Assembly (NCBI RefSeq): GCF_009914755.1 | Contig: NC_060939.1 | From: the human T2T-CHM13v2.0 reference genome, Homo sapiens | Length of the DNA: 64,000 nt | Strand: one strand, 5' to 3' | In this document: positions 31,222 through 53,116 of the stretch, in pieces | Layout of the letters: each line of letters begins with the position of its first letter | Numbering within the stretch: position 1 is the first letter of the stretch | Notes under the pieces: model-generated | What the model was told of the DNA's origin: nothing | Database searches by the model: none | Seen by the model: the letters and a program-made list of their open reading frames with translations, nothing else | Position numbers and translations under genes: made by a program

Positions 31222-31577
31222 TTCTCTCTGTCTGTTTCTCTCTGTTCGTCTCTGTCTTTCTCTCTGTGTCTCTTTCTCTGTCTGTCTGTCTCTTTCTTTC
31301 TCTCTGTCTCTGTCTCTGTCTTTGTCTCTCTCTCTCCCTCTCTGCCTGTCTCACTGTGTCTGTCTTCTGTCTTACTCTCTTTCTCTCCCCGTCTGTCTCT
31401 CTCTCTCTCTCTCCCTCCCTGTTTGTTTCTCTCTCTCCCTCCCTGTCTGTTTCTCTCTCTCTCTTTCTGTCTGTTTCTGTCTCTCTCTGTCTGTCTATGT
31501 CTTTCTCTGTCTGTCTCTTTCTCTGTCTGTCTGCCTCTCTCTTTCTTTTTCTGTGTCTCTCTGTCGGTCTCTCTCTC

Positions 31578-31612
<35 letters not shown>

Positions 31613-31804
31613 GTGCCTATCTTCTGTCTTACTCTCTTTCTCTGCCTGTCTGTCTGTCTCTCCCTCCGTTTCTGTTTCTCTCTCTCTCTCTCTCTCTCTC
31701 CCCCTCTCCCTGTCTGTTTCTCTCCGTCTCTCTCTCTTTCTGTCTGTTTCTCACTGTCTCTCTCTGTCCATCTCTCTCTCTCTCTGTCTGTCTCTTTCGT
31801 TCTC

Positions 31805-31865
<61 letters not shown>

Positions 31866-31907
31866 CTCTCTGTGTGTATCTTCTGTCTTACTCTCCTTCT
31901 CTGCCTG

Positions 31908-31941
<34 letters not shown>

Positions 31942-32389
31942 CCTTTCTGTCTCTCTCTCTCTCTGTCCCTCTCTCTTTCTGTCTGTTCCTCTCTCTCTCT
32001 CTGTCTCTGTCTTTCTCTGTCTGTCTGCCTCTCTCTTTCTTTCTCTTTCTGTGTCTCTCTGTCTCTCTCACTGTGTGTGTGTCTCTGTCTCTGCCTCTCT
32101 CTCTCTCTCTCTCTCTGTCTGTCTCTCTCACTGTGTGTGTCTGTCTTCTGTCTTACTCTCCTTCTCTGCCTGTCCGTCTGTCTGTCTGTCTCTCCCTCTC
32201 TCTCCCTCCCTTTCTGTTTCTCTCTCTCTCTCTCTCTCTTTCTGTCTGTTTCTCTCTTTCTCTCTCTGTCTGTCTCTTTCTCTGTCTGTCTGTCTCTCTC
32301 TTTCTTTTTCTCTGTCTCTCTGTCTCTCTCTGTGCCTGTCTCTCTGTCTGTGCCTATCTTCTGTCTTACTCTCTTTCTCTGGCTGACTG

Positions 32390-32430
<41 letters not shown>

Positions 32431-32531
32431 GTCTCCGTCCCTCCCTCCCTGTCTGTCTGTTTCTCTCTCTGTCCATTTCTGTCTGTCTCTTTCTCTTTCT
32501 CTCTCTTTCTTTCTCTCTGTCTCTCTCTGTC

Positions 32532-32590
<59 letters not shown>

Positions 32591-32798
32591 CTCTCTCACT
32601 GTGTCGGTCTTCTGTCTTACTCTCTTTCTCTGCCTGCCTCTCTGTCTGTCTGTCTGTCTCTCTCCCTCCATGTCTCTCTCTCTCTCTCTCTCACTCACTG
32701 TCTCTCCGTCTCTCTCTCTTTCTGTCTGTTTCTCTCTGTCTCTGTCTTTCTGTGTGTCTGTCTGTCTCTCTCTCTATTTGTCTTTCTCCCTCCCTGTC

Positions 32799-32839
<41 letters not shown>

Positions 32840-32910
32840 GTCTGTTTCTCTCTATCTCTCGCTGTCCATCTCTGTCTTTCTATGTCTGTCTCTTTCTCTG
32901 TCAGTCTGTC
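31222..32910 (+). repeat. CT/CTGT-rich block 1
   Basis: Direct inspection. Confidence 0.95.
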
Positions 32911-33164
32911 AGACACCCCCGTGCCGGGTAGGGCCCTGCCCCTTCCACGAAAGTGAGAAGCGCGTGCTTCGGTGCTTAGAGAGGCCGAGAGGAATCTAGA
33001 CAGGCGGGCCTTGCTGGGCTTCCCCACTCGGTGTACGATTTCGGGAGGTCGAGGCCGGGTCCCCGCTTGGATGCGAGGGGCATTTTCAGACTTTTCTCTC
33101 GGTCACGTGTGGCGTCCGTACTTCTCCTATTTCCCCGATAAGCTCCTCGACTTCAACATAAACG

Positions 33165-37714
<4,550 letters not shown>

Positions 37715-37719
37715 TGTGA

Positions 37720-37935
37720 AGGCCGGACGCAACACGGCGAAACCCCGTCTCTACTAAAAATACAAAGCTGAGTCGGGAGCGGTGGGGCAGGCCCCTGTAA
37801 TGCCAGCTCCTCGGGAGGCTGAGGCGGGAGAATCGCTTGAACCAGGGAAGCGGAGGCTGCAGGGAGCCGAGATCGCGCCACTGCACTACGGCCCAGGCTG
37901 TAGAGTGAGTGAGACTCGGTCTCTAAATAAATACG
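37720..37935 (+). mobile_element. 5'-truncated Alu
   Basis: AACACGGCGAAACCCCGTCTCTACTAAAAATACAAA... Confidence 0.88.
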
Positions 37936-39117
37936 GAAATTAATTAATTCATTAATTCTTTTCCCTGCTGACGGACATTTGCAGGCAGGCATCGGTTGTC
38001 TTCGGGCATCACCTAGCGGCCACTGTTATTGAAAGTCGACGTGACACGGAGGGAGGTCTCGCCGACTTCACCGAGCCTGGGGCAACGGGTTTCTCTCTCT
38101 CCCTTCTGGAGGCCCCTCCCTCTCTCCCTCGTTGCCTAGGGAACCTCGCCTAGGGAACCTCCGCCCTGGCGGGGGCCCTATTGTTCTTTGATCGGCGCTT
38201 TACTTTTCTTTGTGTTTTGGCGCCTAGACTCTTCTACTTGGGCTTTGGGAAGGGTCAGTTTAATTTTCAAGTTGCCCCCCGGCTCCCCCCACTACCCACG
38301 TCCCTTCACCTTAATTTAGTGAGTCGGTTAGGTGGGTTTCCCCCAAACCGCCCCCCCCCCCCCGCCTCCCAACACCCTGCTTGGAAACCTTCCAGAGCCA
38401 CCCCGGTGTGCCTCCGTCTTCTCTCCCCTTCCCCCACCCCTTGCCGGCGATCTCATTCTTGCCAGGCTGACATTTGCATCGGTGGGCGTCAGGCCTCACT
38501 CGGGGGCCACCGTTTTTGAAGATGGGGGCGGCACGGTCCCACTTCCCCGGAGGCAGCTTGGGCCGATGGCATAGCCCCTTGACCCGCGTGGGCAAGCGGG
38601 CGGGTCTGCAGTTGTGAGGCTTTTCCCCCCGCTGCTTCCCGCCTCAGGCCTCCCTCCCTAGGAAAGCTTCACCCTGGCTGGGTCTCGGTCACCTTTTATC
38701 ACGATGTTTTAGTTTCTCCGCCCTCCGGCCAGCAGAGTTTCACAATGCGAAGGGCGCCACGGCTCTAGTCTGGGCCTTCTCAGTACTTGCCCAAAATAGA
38801 AACGCTTTCTGAAAACTAATAACTTTGCTCACTTAAGATTTCCAGGGACGGCGCCTTGGCCCGTGTTTGTTGGCTTGTTTTGTTTCGTTCTGTTTTGTTT
38901 TGTTCGTGTTTTTCCTTTCTCGTATGTCTTTCTTTTCAGGTGAAGTAGAAATCCCCAGTTTTCAGGAAGACGTCTATTTTCCCCAAGACACGTTAGCTGC
39001 CGTTTTTTCCTGTTGTGAACTAGCGCTTTTGTGACTCTCTCAACGTGCAGTGAGAGCCGGTTGATGTTTACTATCCTTCATCATGACATCTTATTTTCTA
39101 GAAATCCGTAGGCGAAT

Positions 39118-39203
39118 GCTGCTGCTGCTCTTGTTGCTGTTGTTGTTGTTGTTGTTGTCGTCGTTGCTGTTGTCGTTGTCGTTGTTGTTGTCGTTGTCGT
39201 TGT
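39118..39203 (+). repeat. (GCT/GTT/GTC)n trinucleotide tract
   Basis: Direct inspection. Confidence 0.9.
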
Positions 39204-39282
39204 TTTCAAAGTATACCCCGGCCACCGTTTATGGGATCAAAAGCATTATAAAATATGTGTGATTATTTCTTGAGCACGCCCT

Positions 39283-39877
39283 TCCTCCCCCTCTCTCTGT
39301 CTCTCTGTCTGTCTCTGTCTCTCTCTTTCTCTGTCTGTCTTCTCTCTCTCTCTCTCTCTGTGTCTCTCTCTCTCTGCCTGTCTGTTTCTCTCTCTCTGCC
39401 TCTCTCTCTCTCTCTCTCTCTGCCTGTCTCTCTCACTGTGTCTGTCTTCTGTCTTACTCCCTTTCTCTGTCTGTCTGTCGGTCTCTCTCTCTCTCTCTCC
39501 CTGTCTGTATGTTTCTCTCTGTCTCTGTCTCTCTCTCTCTTTCTGTTTCTCTCTCTCCGTCTCTGTCTTTCTCTGACTGTCTCTCTCTTTCCTTCTCTCT
39601 GTCTCTCTCTGCCTGTCTCTCTCACTCTGTCTTCTGTCTTACTCTCTCTCTCTGCCTGCCTGTCTCTCTCACTCTCTCTCTCTGTGTGTCTCTCTCTCTC
39701 TTTCTGTTTCTCTCTGTCTCTCTGTCCGTCTCTGTCTTTCTCTGTCTGTCTCTTTGTCTGTCTGTCTTTGTCTTTCCTTCTCTCTGTCTCTGTCTCTCTC
39801 ACTGTGTCTGTCTTCTGTCTTAGTCTCTCTCTCTCTCTCTCCCTGTCTGTCTGTCTCTCTCTCTCTCTCCCCCTGTC

Positions 39878-39922
<45 letters not shown>

Positions 39923-40195
39923 TTGTCTTTCTTTCTGTCTCTGTCTCTCTCTCTCTCTCTGTGTGTCTGTCTTCTGTCTTACTGTCTTTCTCTGCCTGTC
40001 TGTCTGTCTGTCTCTCTCTGTCTGTCTCTCTCTCTCTCTCCCCCCTGTCGGCTGTTTCTCTGTCTCTGTCTGTGTCTCTCTTTCTGTCTGTTTCTCTCTG
40101 TCTGTCTTTCTCTCTCTGTCTCTTTCTCTCTGTCTCTCTGTCTGTCTCTGTCTCTCTCTCTGTCTCTCTCTCTCTGTGGGGGGGTGTGTGTGTGT

Positions 40196-40232
<37 letters not shown>

Positions 40233-40483
40233 TGCCTTCTGTCTTACTCTCTTTCTCTGCCTGTCTGTCTGCCTGTCTGTTTGTCTCTCTCTCTCTGCCT
40301 GTCTCTCTCCCTTCCTGTCTGTTTCTCTCTCTTTCTGTTTCTCTCTGTCTCTGTCCATCTCTGTCTTTCTCCGTCTGTCTCTTTATCTGTCTCTCTCCGT
40401 CTGTCTCTTTATCTGTCTCTCTCTCTCTTTCTGTCTTTCTCTCTCTGTGTATCGTTGTCTCTCTCTGTCTGTCTCTGTCTCTG

Positions 40484-40516
<33 letters not shown>

Positions 40517-40565
40517 GTCTGTCTGTCCGTCTGTCTGTCTCGGTCTCTGGCTCTCGCTATCTCCC
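39283..40565 (+). repeat. CT/CTGT-rich block 3 with embedded (GT)n
   Basis: Same CTTCTGTCTTAC anchor motif as blocks 1-2. Confidence 0.93.
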
Positions 40566-41859
40566 GCCCTCTCTTTTTTTGCAAAAGAAGCTCAAGTACA
40601 TCTAATCTAATCCCTTACCAAGGCCTGAATTCTTCACTTCTGACATCCCAGATTTGATCTCCCTACAGAATGCTGTACAGAACTGGCGAGTTGATTTCTG
40701 GACTTGGATACCTCATAGAAACTACATATGAATAAAGATCCAATCCTAAAATCTGGGGTGGCTTCTCCCTCGACTGTCTCGAAAAATCGTACCTCTGTTC
40801 CCCTAGGATGCCGGAAGAGTTTTCTCAATGTGCATCTGCCCGTGTCCTAAGTGATCTGTGACCGAGCCCTGTCCGTCCTGTCTCAAATATGTACGTGCAA
40901 ACACTTCTCTCCATTTCCACAACTACCCACGGCCCCTTGTGGAACCACTGGCTCTTTGAAAAAAATCCCAGAAGTGGTTTTGGCTTTTTGGCTAGGAGGC
41001 CTAAGCCTGCTGAGAACTTTCCTGCCCAGGATCCTGTGTGACCAAAAGTGCCTCTGCTGGGAGCTGGGATCCTCGGGACCATGCTTGCTAGCGCTGGATG
41101 AGTCTCTGGAAGGACGCACGGGACTCCGCAAAGCTGACCTGTCCCACCGAGGTCAAATGGATACCTCTGCATTGGCCCGAGGCCTCCGAAGTACATCACC
41201 GTCACCAACCGTCACCGTCAGCATCCTTGTGAGCCTGCCCAAGGCCCCGCCTCCGGGGAGACTCTTGGGAGCCCGGCCTTCGTCGGCTAAAGTCCAAAGG
41301 GATGGTGACTTCCACCCACAAGGTCCCCACTGAACGGCGAAGATGTGGAGCGTAGGTCAGAGAGGGGACCAGGAGGGGAGACGTCCCGACAGGCGACGAG
41401 TTCCCAAGGCTCTGGCCACCCCACCCACGCCCCACGCCCCACGTCCCGGGCACCCGCGGGACACCGCCGCTTTATCCCCTCCTCTGTCCACAGCCGGCCC
41501 CACCCCACCACGCAACCCACGCACACACGCTGGAGGTTCCAAAACCACACGGTGTGACTAGAGCCTGACGGAGCGAGAGCCCATTTCACGAGGTGGGAGG
41601 GGTGGGGGTGGGGTGGGTTGGGGGTTGTGGGGTCTGTGGCGAGCCCGATTCTCCCTCTTGGGTGGCTACAGGCTAGAAATGAATATCGCTTCTTGGGCGG
41701 AGGGGCTTCCTTAGGCCATCACCGCTTGCGGGACTACCTCTCAAACCCTCCCTTGAGGCCACAAAATAGATTCCACCCCACCCATCGACGTTTCCCCCGG
41801 GTGCTGGATGTATCCTGTCAAGAGACCTGAGCCTGACACCGTCGAATTAAACACCTTGA

Positions 41860-42093
<234 letters not shown>

Positions 42094-42138
42094 TAGATTC
42101 GAGCCACACCTCATTCCGTGCCACAGAGAGACTTCTTT

Positions 42139-45100
42139 TTTTTTTTTTTTTTAAGCGCAACGCAACATGTCTGCCTTATTTGAGTGGCTTCCTATATCAT
42201 TATAATTGTGTTATAGATGAAGAAACGGTATTAAACACTGTGCTAATGATAGTGAAAGTGAAGACAAAAGAAAGGCTATCTATTTTGTGGTTAGAATAAA
42301 GTTGCTCAGTATTTAGAGCTACCTAAATACGTCAGCATTTACACTCTTCCTAGTAAAAGCTGGCCAATCTGAATAATCCTCCTTTAAACAAACACAATTT
42401 TTGATAGGGTTAAGATTTTTTTAAGAATGCGACTCCTGCAAAATAGCTGAACAGACGATACACATTTAAAAAAATAACAACACAAGGATCAACCAGACTT
42501 GGGAAAAAATCGAAAACCACACAAGTCTTATGAAGAACTGAGTTCTTAAAATAGGACGGAGAACGTAGCTATCGGAAGAGAAGGCAGTATTGGCAAGTTG
42601 ATTGTTACGTTGGTCAGCAGTAGCTGGCACTATCTTTTTGGCCATCTTTCGGGCAATGTAACTACTACAGCAAAATGAGATATGATCCATGAAACAACAT
42701 ATTCGCAAATCAAAAAGTGTTTCAGTAATATAATGCTTCAGATTTAGAAGCAAATCAAATGATAGAACTCCACTGCTGTAATAAGTCACCCCAAAGATCA
42801 CCGTATCTGACAAAATAACTACCACAGGGTTATGACTTCAGAATCATACTTTCTCTTGATATTTACTTATGTATGTATTTATTTTTTTTAATTTATTTCT
42901 CTTGAGACGGCGTCTCGCTCTGTCGCCCAGGCTGGAGTGCGATGGTGTGATCTCGGCTCACTGCAACCGCCACCTCCCTGGGTTCAAGCGATTCTCCTGC
43001 CTCAGCCTCCCGAGTAGCTGGGACTACAGGTGCCCGCCACCACGCCCAGCTAATCTTTATACTTTTAATAGAGACGGGGTTTCACCGTGTCGGCCCGGAT
43101 GGTCTCGATCTCTTGACCTCGTGACCCGCCCGCCTCGGCCTCCCAAAGTGCTGGGATGACAGGCGTGAGCCACTGAGCCCGGCCTTCTCTTGACGTTTAA
43201 ACTATGAAGTCAGTCCAGAGAAACGCAATAAATGTCAACGGTGAGGATGGTGTTGAGGCAGAAGTAGGACCACACTTTTTCCTATCTTATTCAGTTGATA
43301 ACAATATGACCTAGGTAGTAATTTCCTATGTGCCTACTTATACACGAGTACAAAAGAGTAAAACAGAGAGACTGCTAAATTAAAGGGTACGTGAAGTTCT
43401 TCATAGTAACTCCGTAAACTGGAACACTGTCAAAAAGCAGCAGCTAGTGAATTGTTTCCATGTATTTTTCTATGATCCAATAAGTGAACTATGCTATTCC
43501 TTTCCAGTCTCCCAAGCACTTCTTGTCCCCATCACCACTTCGGTGCTCGAAGAAAAAGTAACAAATCAAGGAACACAACTAAAGAAACACACACACAAAC
43601 CAAAGACAACTACAGCGTCTGCAAAAGTTTGCTAGAAGACTGAAACTGTTGAGTATAAGGATCTGGTATTCTACGATGATCATGAGTTCACTTCAGAGTT
43701 TGTTCAAGACATACGTTTCGTAAGGAAACATCTTAGTTAGAAGTTATTCAGCAGTAGGTACCATCCCTAAGTATTTTTCACCAAATTCGTGACAATAAAG
43801 AGCTATCTAACCAGAAAAATTAGCGAGTACCGGCACCATCCATAGGGCTTTGTCTTTACGCTTCATTAGCACTTACCATGCCTTACAATGTCTAGGATTG
43901 ACCCTGATAGCATTTCGAAAACAAGCTAATGCTTTGTCCAGTTCTTCAGTGAAGACAAGCTCACGCCCTAATGCGCTATAGGCATAAGCATCATTTGGAT
44001 CCACTTCGAGAGTTCTCTGGAAGAATTGAATCGCAATATCGTGTTCCCGTTGCAGACCGAAACAGTTCCCTGCAGCACACCAGGCCTCTGGCTGGCGAAT
44101 TTTTATCCATGTCTGTGAAGTCTTTGGACAGAACTGAAAGAGCAACCTCTTTCGGAGGATGCCAAAGTGTTGTAGAGTAGATCTCCATGCCTTCGACTCT
44201 GTAATTCTCAATCCTCCTAACCTCTGAGAATTGTCTTTCAGCTTGCGTGGACTCTGAAAGTTTACAATAGGCCCTTCCGATTTGGCACAGTACCCAACCG
44301 GTATTGCAGTGGTGAGAAGCTAGATGGCTCAAGATGCTGATAGCTTCTTTGCCGTGGTAAGAACACAAAGCTAAATAACCTTTCCCCCTTTCACGAAGAA
44401 GGCTCATCAAGCCTTCCGCTGCTGCTTTTTGTAGATTAAAAGCCTGAATCTGAGGCGCGATTGCGGCTATTTTCCCTTCTGAAATGACGGAAGAGTCCAA
44501 TTTTGTCACTTCCAGGCTATCACTTATGTTCGGTGGAGTTATTGCTCCTTTATTAGTTTTACTTTTGGTTCTTCTGTTTGGGATTTTAGGTGGAAACTTC
44601 ATTTTTAATTTTCTCCTATTCTCCTCGGTTGTGGAGCTGTCACTAGTCAAGAGTCGTGAATTTCTTCGAGGCGGTGCATTTGGGGGAGATGCCATAGTGG
44701 GGCTCAATACCTGAGGTGTTGCCCTTGTCGGCGGACCAGAACTTTGTGTTTTTGCAAGGACTGGAGTTACCTTTCGGCTCTTTCCCCTCTGCGAGAAGAC
44801 AGACGGTGTTCCGGTTTGGCCGATTCTGGCAACAGGCTTTTCTGAAGGGGCTCCGGTGGATGGCACGTCAATGACAGACGGTGTCTCATACCAGTGCAGT
44901 TTTGTCAATAGGGTCCGTCTCCGGGACTTGGGGTTTCTAATGGCAAAATGCCAACACTTGGGGTTAATGGACTAACAGCTGCTGGTCCTCCTAATAAACT
45001 TCGACCAGTTTTTGGTTTATGTTGAACCTGTTTAGATCATATGGAAGTTCCTGTTCCCAGTGGGACAGTATCAGGTGAAAGGACAGCTGAATCGATAGAA

Positions 45101-45937
45101 GACACTGGGGAGTCTGTATTCAAGGAGTACTTTGAATTGGAAGATTCTAAATTCCATCCGTTTCATTCGACGGTGTCCTGGGGTGTTTCCGTAAGAACGG
45201 TCTCGGGCTGTCTGTGACATAAACTAGGACGAGGTCCAAGTGTTGTGGCGCAACACTTGGACAGGCAGTTGCTAAAGCTCTCTAGAGAGGTGAATCAAAA
45301 TGTTTGGTCAGGATCTGGCTTTTCCCCCCTATTTCACATCATGATTCAAAGGGACACCAGAGGAAAGGATTTCAACGAAGGCTCTTTTGGTCACATTCTG
45401 ATCCTTTGGTAAGCCGATCTGTCTTGCAATATACATGTCCCGACGATGGAAGGGGAAAGCGAGCTGAATCACCAAACTCAGGAACGATAATATCATCGTG
45501 GCTTTTCTGCTTATGAAACACTCCACCCGATAAGATTTGATCCCCTTCTGCAAGCTTGCTGAGATCAACACAACATTTCGCAAGCAGGCATTTGCATTGC
45601 GGGGTAGTACAACTGTGTCCTTTCAAGAGTCTATATGTTTTATAGGCCTTTCCTGAGCGGTAAGAACAGGTCGCCAGTAAGAACAAGGCTTCTTCTGAGT
45701 GTACTTCTGCATAAAGGCGTTCTGCGGGGGAAACCGCATCTCGGTAGGCATAGTGGTTTAGTGCTTGCCATATAGCAGCCTGGACGGGTCCCTGCAGCAC
45801 CGCCATCCTCGAGGCTCAGGCCCACTTTCTGCAGTGCCACAGGCACCCCCCCCCCCCCCCATAGCGGCTCCGGCCCGGCCAGCCTCGGCTCATTTAAAGG
45901 CACCAGCCGCCGTTACCGGGGGATGGGGGAGTCCGAG
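42139..45937 (-). pseudogene. CDC27P: CDC27 retropseudogene (coding-homologous part 43876-45806; putative retained-intron 3' part down to poly(A) at 42136-42152)
   Basis: CDC27 peptide matches from Met1 to ...ACFRNAIRVNPRHCKAW; frameshifts; candidate TSDs at 42123-42138 and 45938-45953 (outer boundary less certain than the coding part). Confidence 0.85.
42866..43184 (-). mobile_element. Alu (Y/Sc-like) nested in the CDC27 retrocopy 3' region
   Basis: Full Alu, GATGGTCTCGATCTC; TSD TTCTCTTGAnnTTTA at 42851 and 43185. Confidence 0.92.
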
Positions 45938-46462
45938 ACAGAATGACTTCTTTATCCTGCTGACTCTGGAAAGCCCGGCGCCTTGTGATCCATTGCAAAC
46001 CGAGAGTCACCTCGTGTTTAGAACACGGATCCACTCCCAAGTTCAGTGGGGGGATGTGAGGGGTGTGGCAGGTAGGACGAAGGACTCTCTTCCTTCTGAT
46101 TCGGTCTGCACAGTGGGGCCTAGGGCTGGAGCTCTCTCCGTGCGGACCGCTGACTCCCTCTACCTTGGGTTCCCTCGGCCCCACCCTGGAACGCCGGGCC
46201 TTGGCAGATTCTGGCCCTTCCTGGCCCTTCAGTCGCTGTCAGAAACCCCATCTCATGCTCGGATGCCCCGAGTGACTGTGGCTCGCACCTCTCCGGAAAC
46301 ATTGGAAATCTCTCCTCTACGCGCGGCCACCTGAAACCACAGGAGCTCGGGACACACGTGCTTTCGGGAGAGAATGCTGAGAGTCTCTTGCCGACTCTCT
46401 CTTGACTTGAGTTCTTCGTGGGTGCGTGGTTAAGACGTAGTGAGACCAGATGTATTAACTCA

Positions 46463-51115
<4,653 letters not shown>

Positions 51116-52942
51116 TGTTGACTCATTTCGCTTTTTTATTTCTTTCGTTTCCACGCGTTTACTTATATGTATTAATGTAAACGTTTCTGTACGCTTATAT
51201 GCAAACAACGACAACGTGTATCTCTGCGTTGAATACTCTTGCGTATGGTAAATACGTATCGGTTGTATGGAAATAGACTTCTGTATGATAGATGTAGGTG
51301 TTTGTGTTATACAAATAAATACACATCGCTCTATAAAGAAGGGATCGTCGATAAAGACGTTTATTTTACGTATGAAAAGCGTCGTATTTATGTGTGTAAA
51401 TGAACGAGCGTACGTAGTTATCTCTGTTTTCTTTCTTCCTCTCCTTCGTGTTTTTCTTCCTTCCTTTCTTCCTTTCTCTCCTTCTTTAGGTTTTTCTTCC
51501 TCTCTTCCTTTCCTTCTTTCTCTCTTTCTGTCCTTTTTTCCTTCGTGCTTTATTTCTCTTTCGTTCCCTGTGTTTCCTTCTTTTTTCTTTCCTCTCTGTT
51601 TCTTTTTCCCTTCTTTCCTTCGTTTCTTTCCTCATTCTTTCTCTCTTTTTCGTGTTTCTTTCCTTTCCGTCTGTCTTTTAAAAAATGGAGTGTTTCAGAA
51701 GTTTACTTTGTGTATCTACGTTTTCTAAATTGTCTCTCTTTTCTCCATTTTCTTCCTCCCTCCCTCCCTCCCTCCCTCCCTGCTCCCTTCCCTCCCTCCT
51801 TCCCTTTCGCCATCTGTCTCTTTTCCCCACTCCCCTCCCCCCGTCTGTCTCTGCGTGGATTCCGGAAGAGCCTACGCATTCTGCCTCTCCGTGTGTCTGC
51901 AGCGACCCGCGACCGAGTCCTTGTGTGTTCTTTCTCCCTCCCTCCCTCCCTCCCTCCCTCCCTCCCTCCCTGCTTCCGAGAGGCATCTCCAAACACCCAC
52001 GCGCCGTGGGTTGTCTTCTGACTCTGTCGCGGTCGAGGCAGAGACGCGTTTTGGGCACCGTTTGTGTGGGGTTGGGGCAGAGGGGCTGCGTTTTCGGCCT
52101 CGGGAAGAGCTTCTCGACTCACGGTTTCGCTTTCGCGGTCCACGGGCCGCCCTGCCAGCCGGATCTGTCTCGCTGACGTCCGCGGCGGTTGTCGGGCTCC
52201 ATCTGGCGGCCGCTTTGAGATCGTGCTCTCGGCTTCCGGAGCTGCGGTGGCAGCTGCCGAGGGAGGGGACCGTCCCCGCTGTGAGCTAGGCAGAGCTCCG
52301 GAAAGCCCGCGGTCGTCAGCCCGGCTGGCCCGGTGGCGCCAGAGCTGTGGCGCGTCGCTTGTGAGTCACAGCTCTGGCGTGCAGGTTTATGTGGGGGAGA
52401 GGCTGTCGCTGCGCTTCTGGGCCCGCGGCGGGCGTGGGGCTGCCCGGGCCGGTCGACCAGCGCGCCGTAGCTCCCGAGGCCCGAGCCGCGACCCGCGGGG
52501 ACCCGCCGCGCGTGGCGCGGGAGGCTGGGGACGCCCTTCCCGGCCCGGTCGCGGGTCCGCGCTCATCCTGGCCGTCTGAGGCGGCGGCCGAATTCGTTTC
52601 CGAGTCCCCGTGGGGAGCCGGGGACCGTCCCGCCCCCGTCCCCCGGGTGCCGGGGAGCGGTCCCCGGGCCGGGCCGCGGTCCCTCTGCCGCGATCCTTTC
52701 TGGCGAGTCCCCGTGCGGAGTCGGAGAGCGCTCCCTGAGCGCGCGTGCGGCCCGAGAGGTCGCGCCTGGCCGGCCTTCGGTCCCTCGTGTGTCCCGGTCG
52801 TAGGAGGGGCCGGCCGAAAATGCTTCCGGCTCCCGCTCTGGAGACACGGGCCGGCCCCCTGCGTGTGGCACGGGCGGCCGGGAGGGCGTCCCCGGCCCGG
52901 CGCTGCTCCCGCGTGTGTCCTGGGGTTGACCAGAGGGCCCCG

Positions 52943-53116
52943 GGCGCTCCGTGTGTGGCTGCGATGGTGGCGTTTTTGGGGACAGGTGTCCGTGTCGCGC
53001 GTCGCCTGGGCCGGCGGCGTGGTCGGTGACGCGACCTCCCGGCCCCGGGGGAGGTATATCTTTCGCTCCGAGTCGGCATTTTGGGCCGCCGGGTTATTGC
53101 TGACACGCTGTCCTCT
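52943..53116 (+). promoter_or_regulatory. RNA Pol I promoter, second unit (TSS 53099)
   Basis: Same as 8994-9167. Confidence 0.95.

Noticed and set aside
42466-42825. 119-aa minus-strand ORF
   Set aside because: No recognisable homology; lies in putative intron-derived AT-rich sequence.
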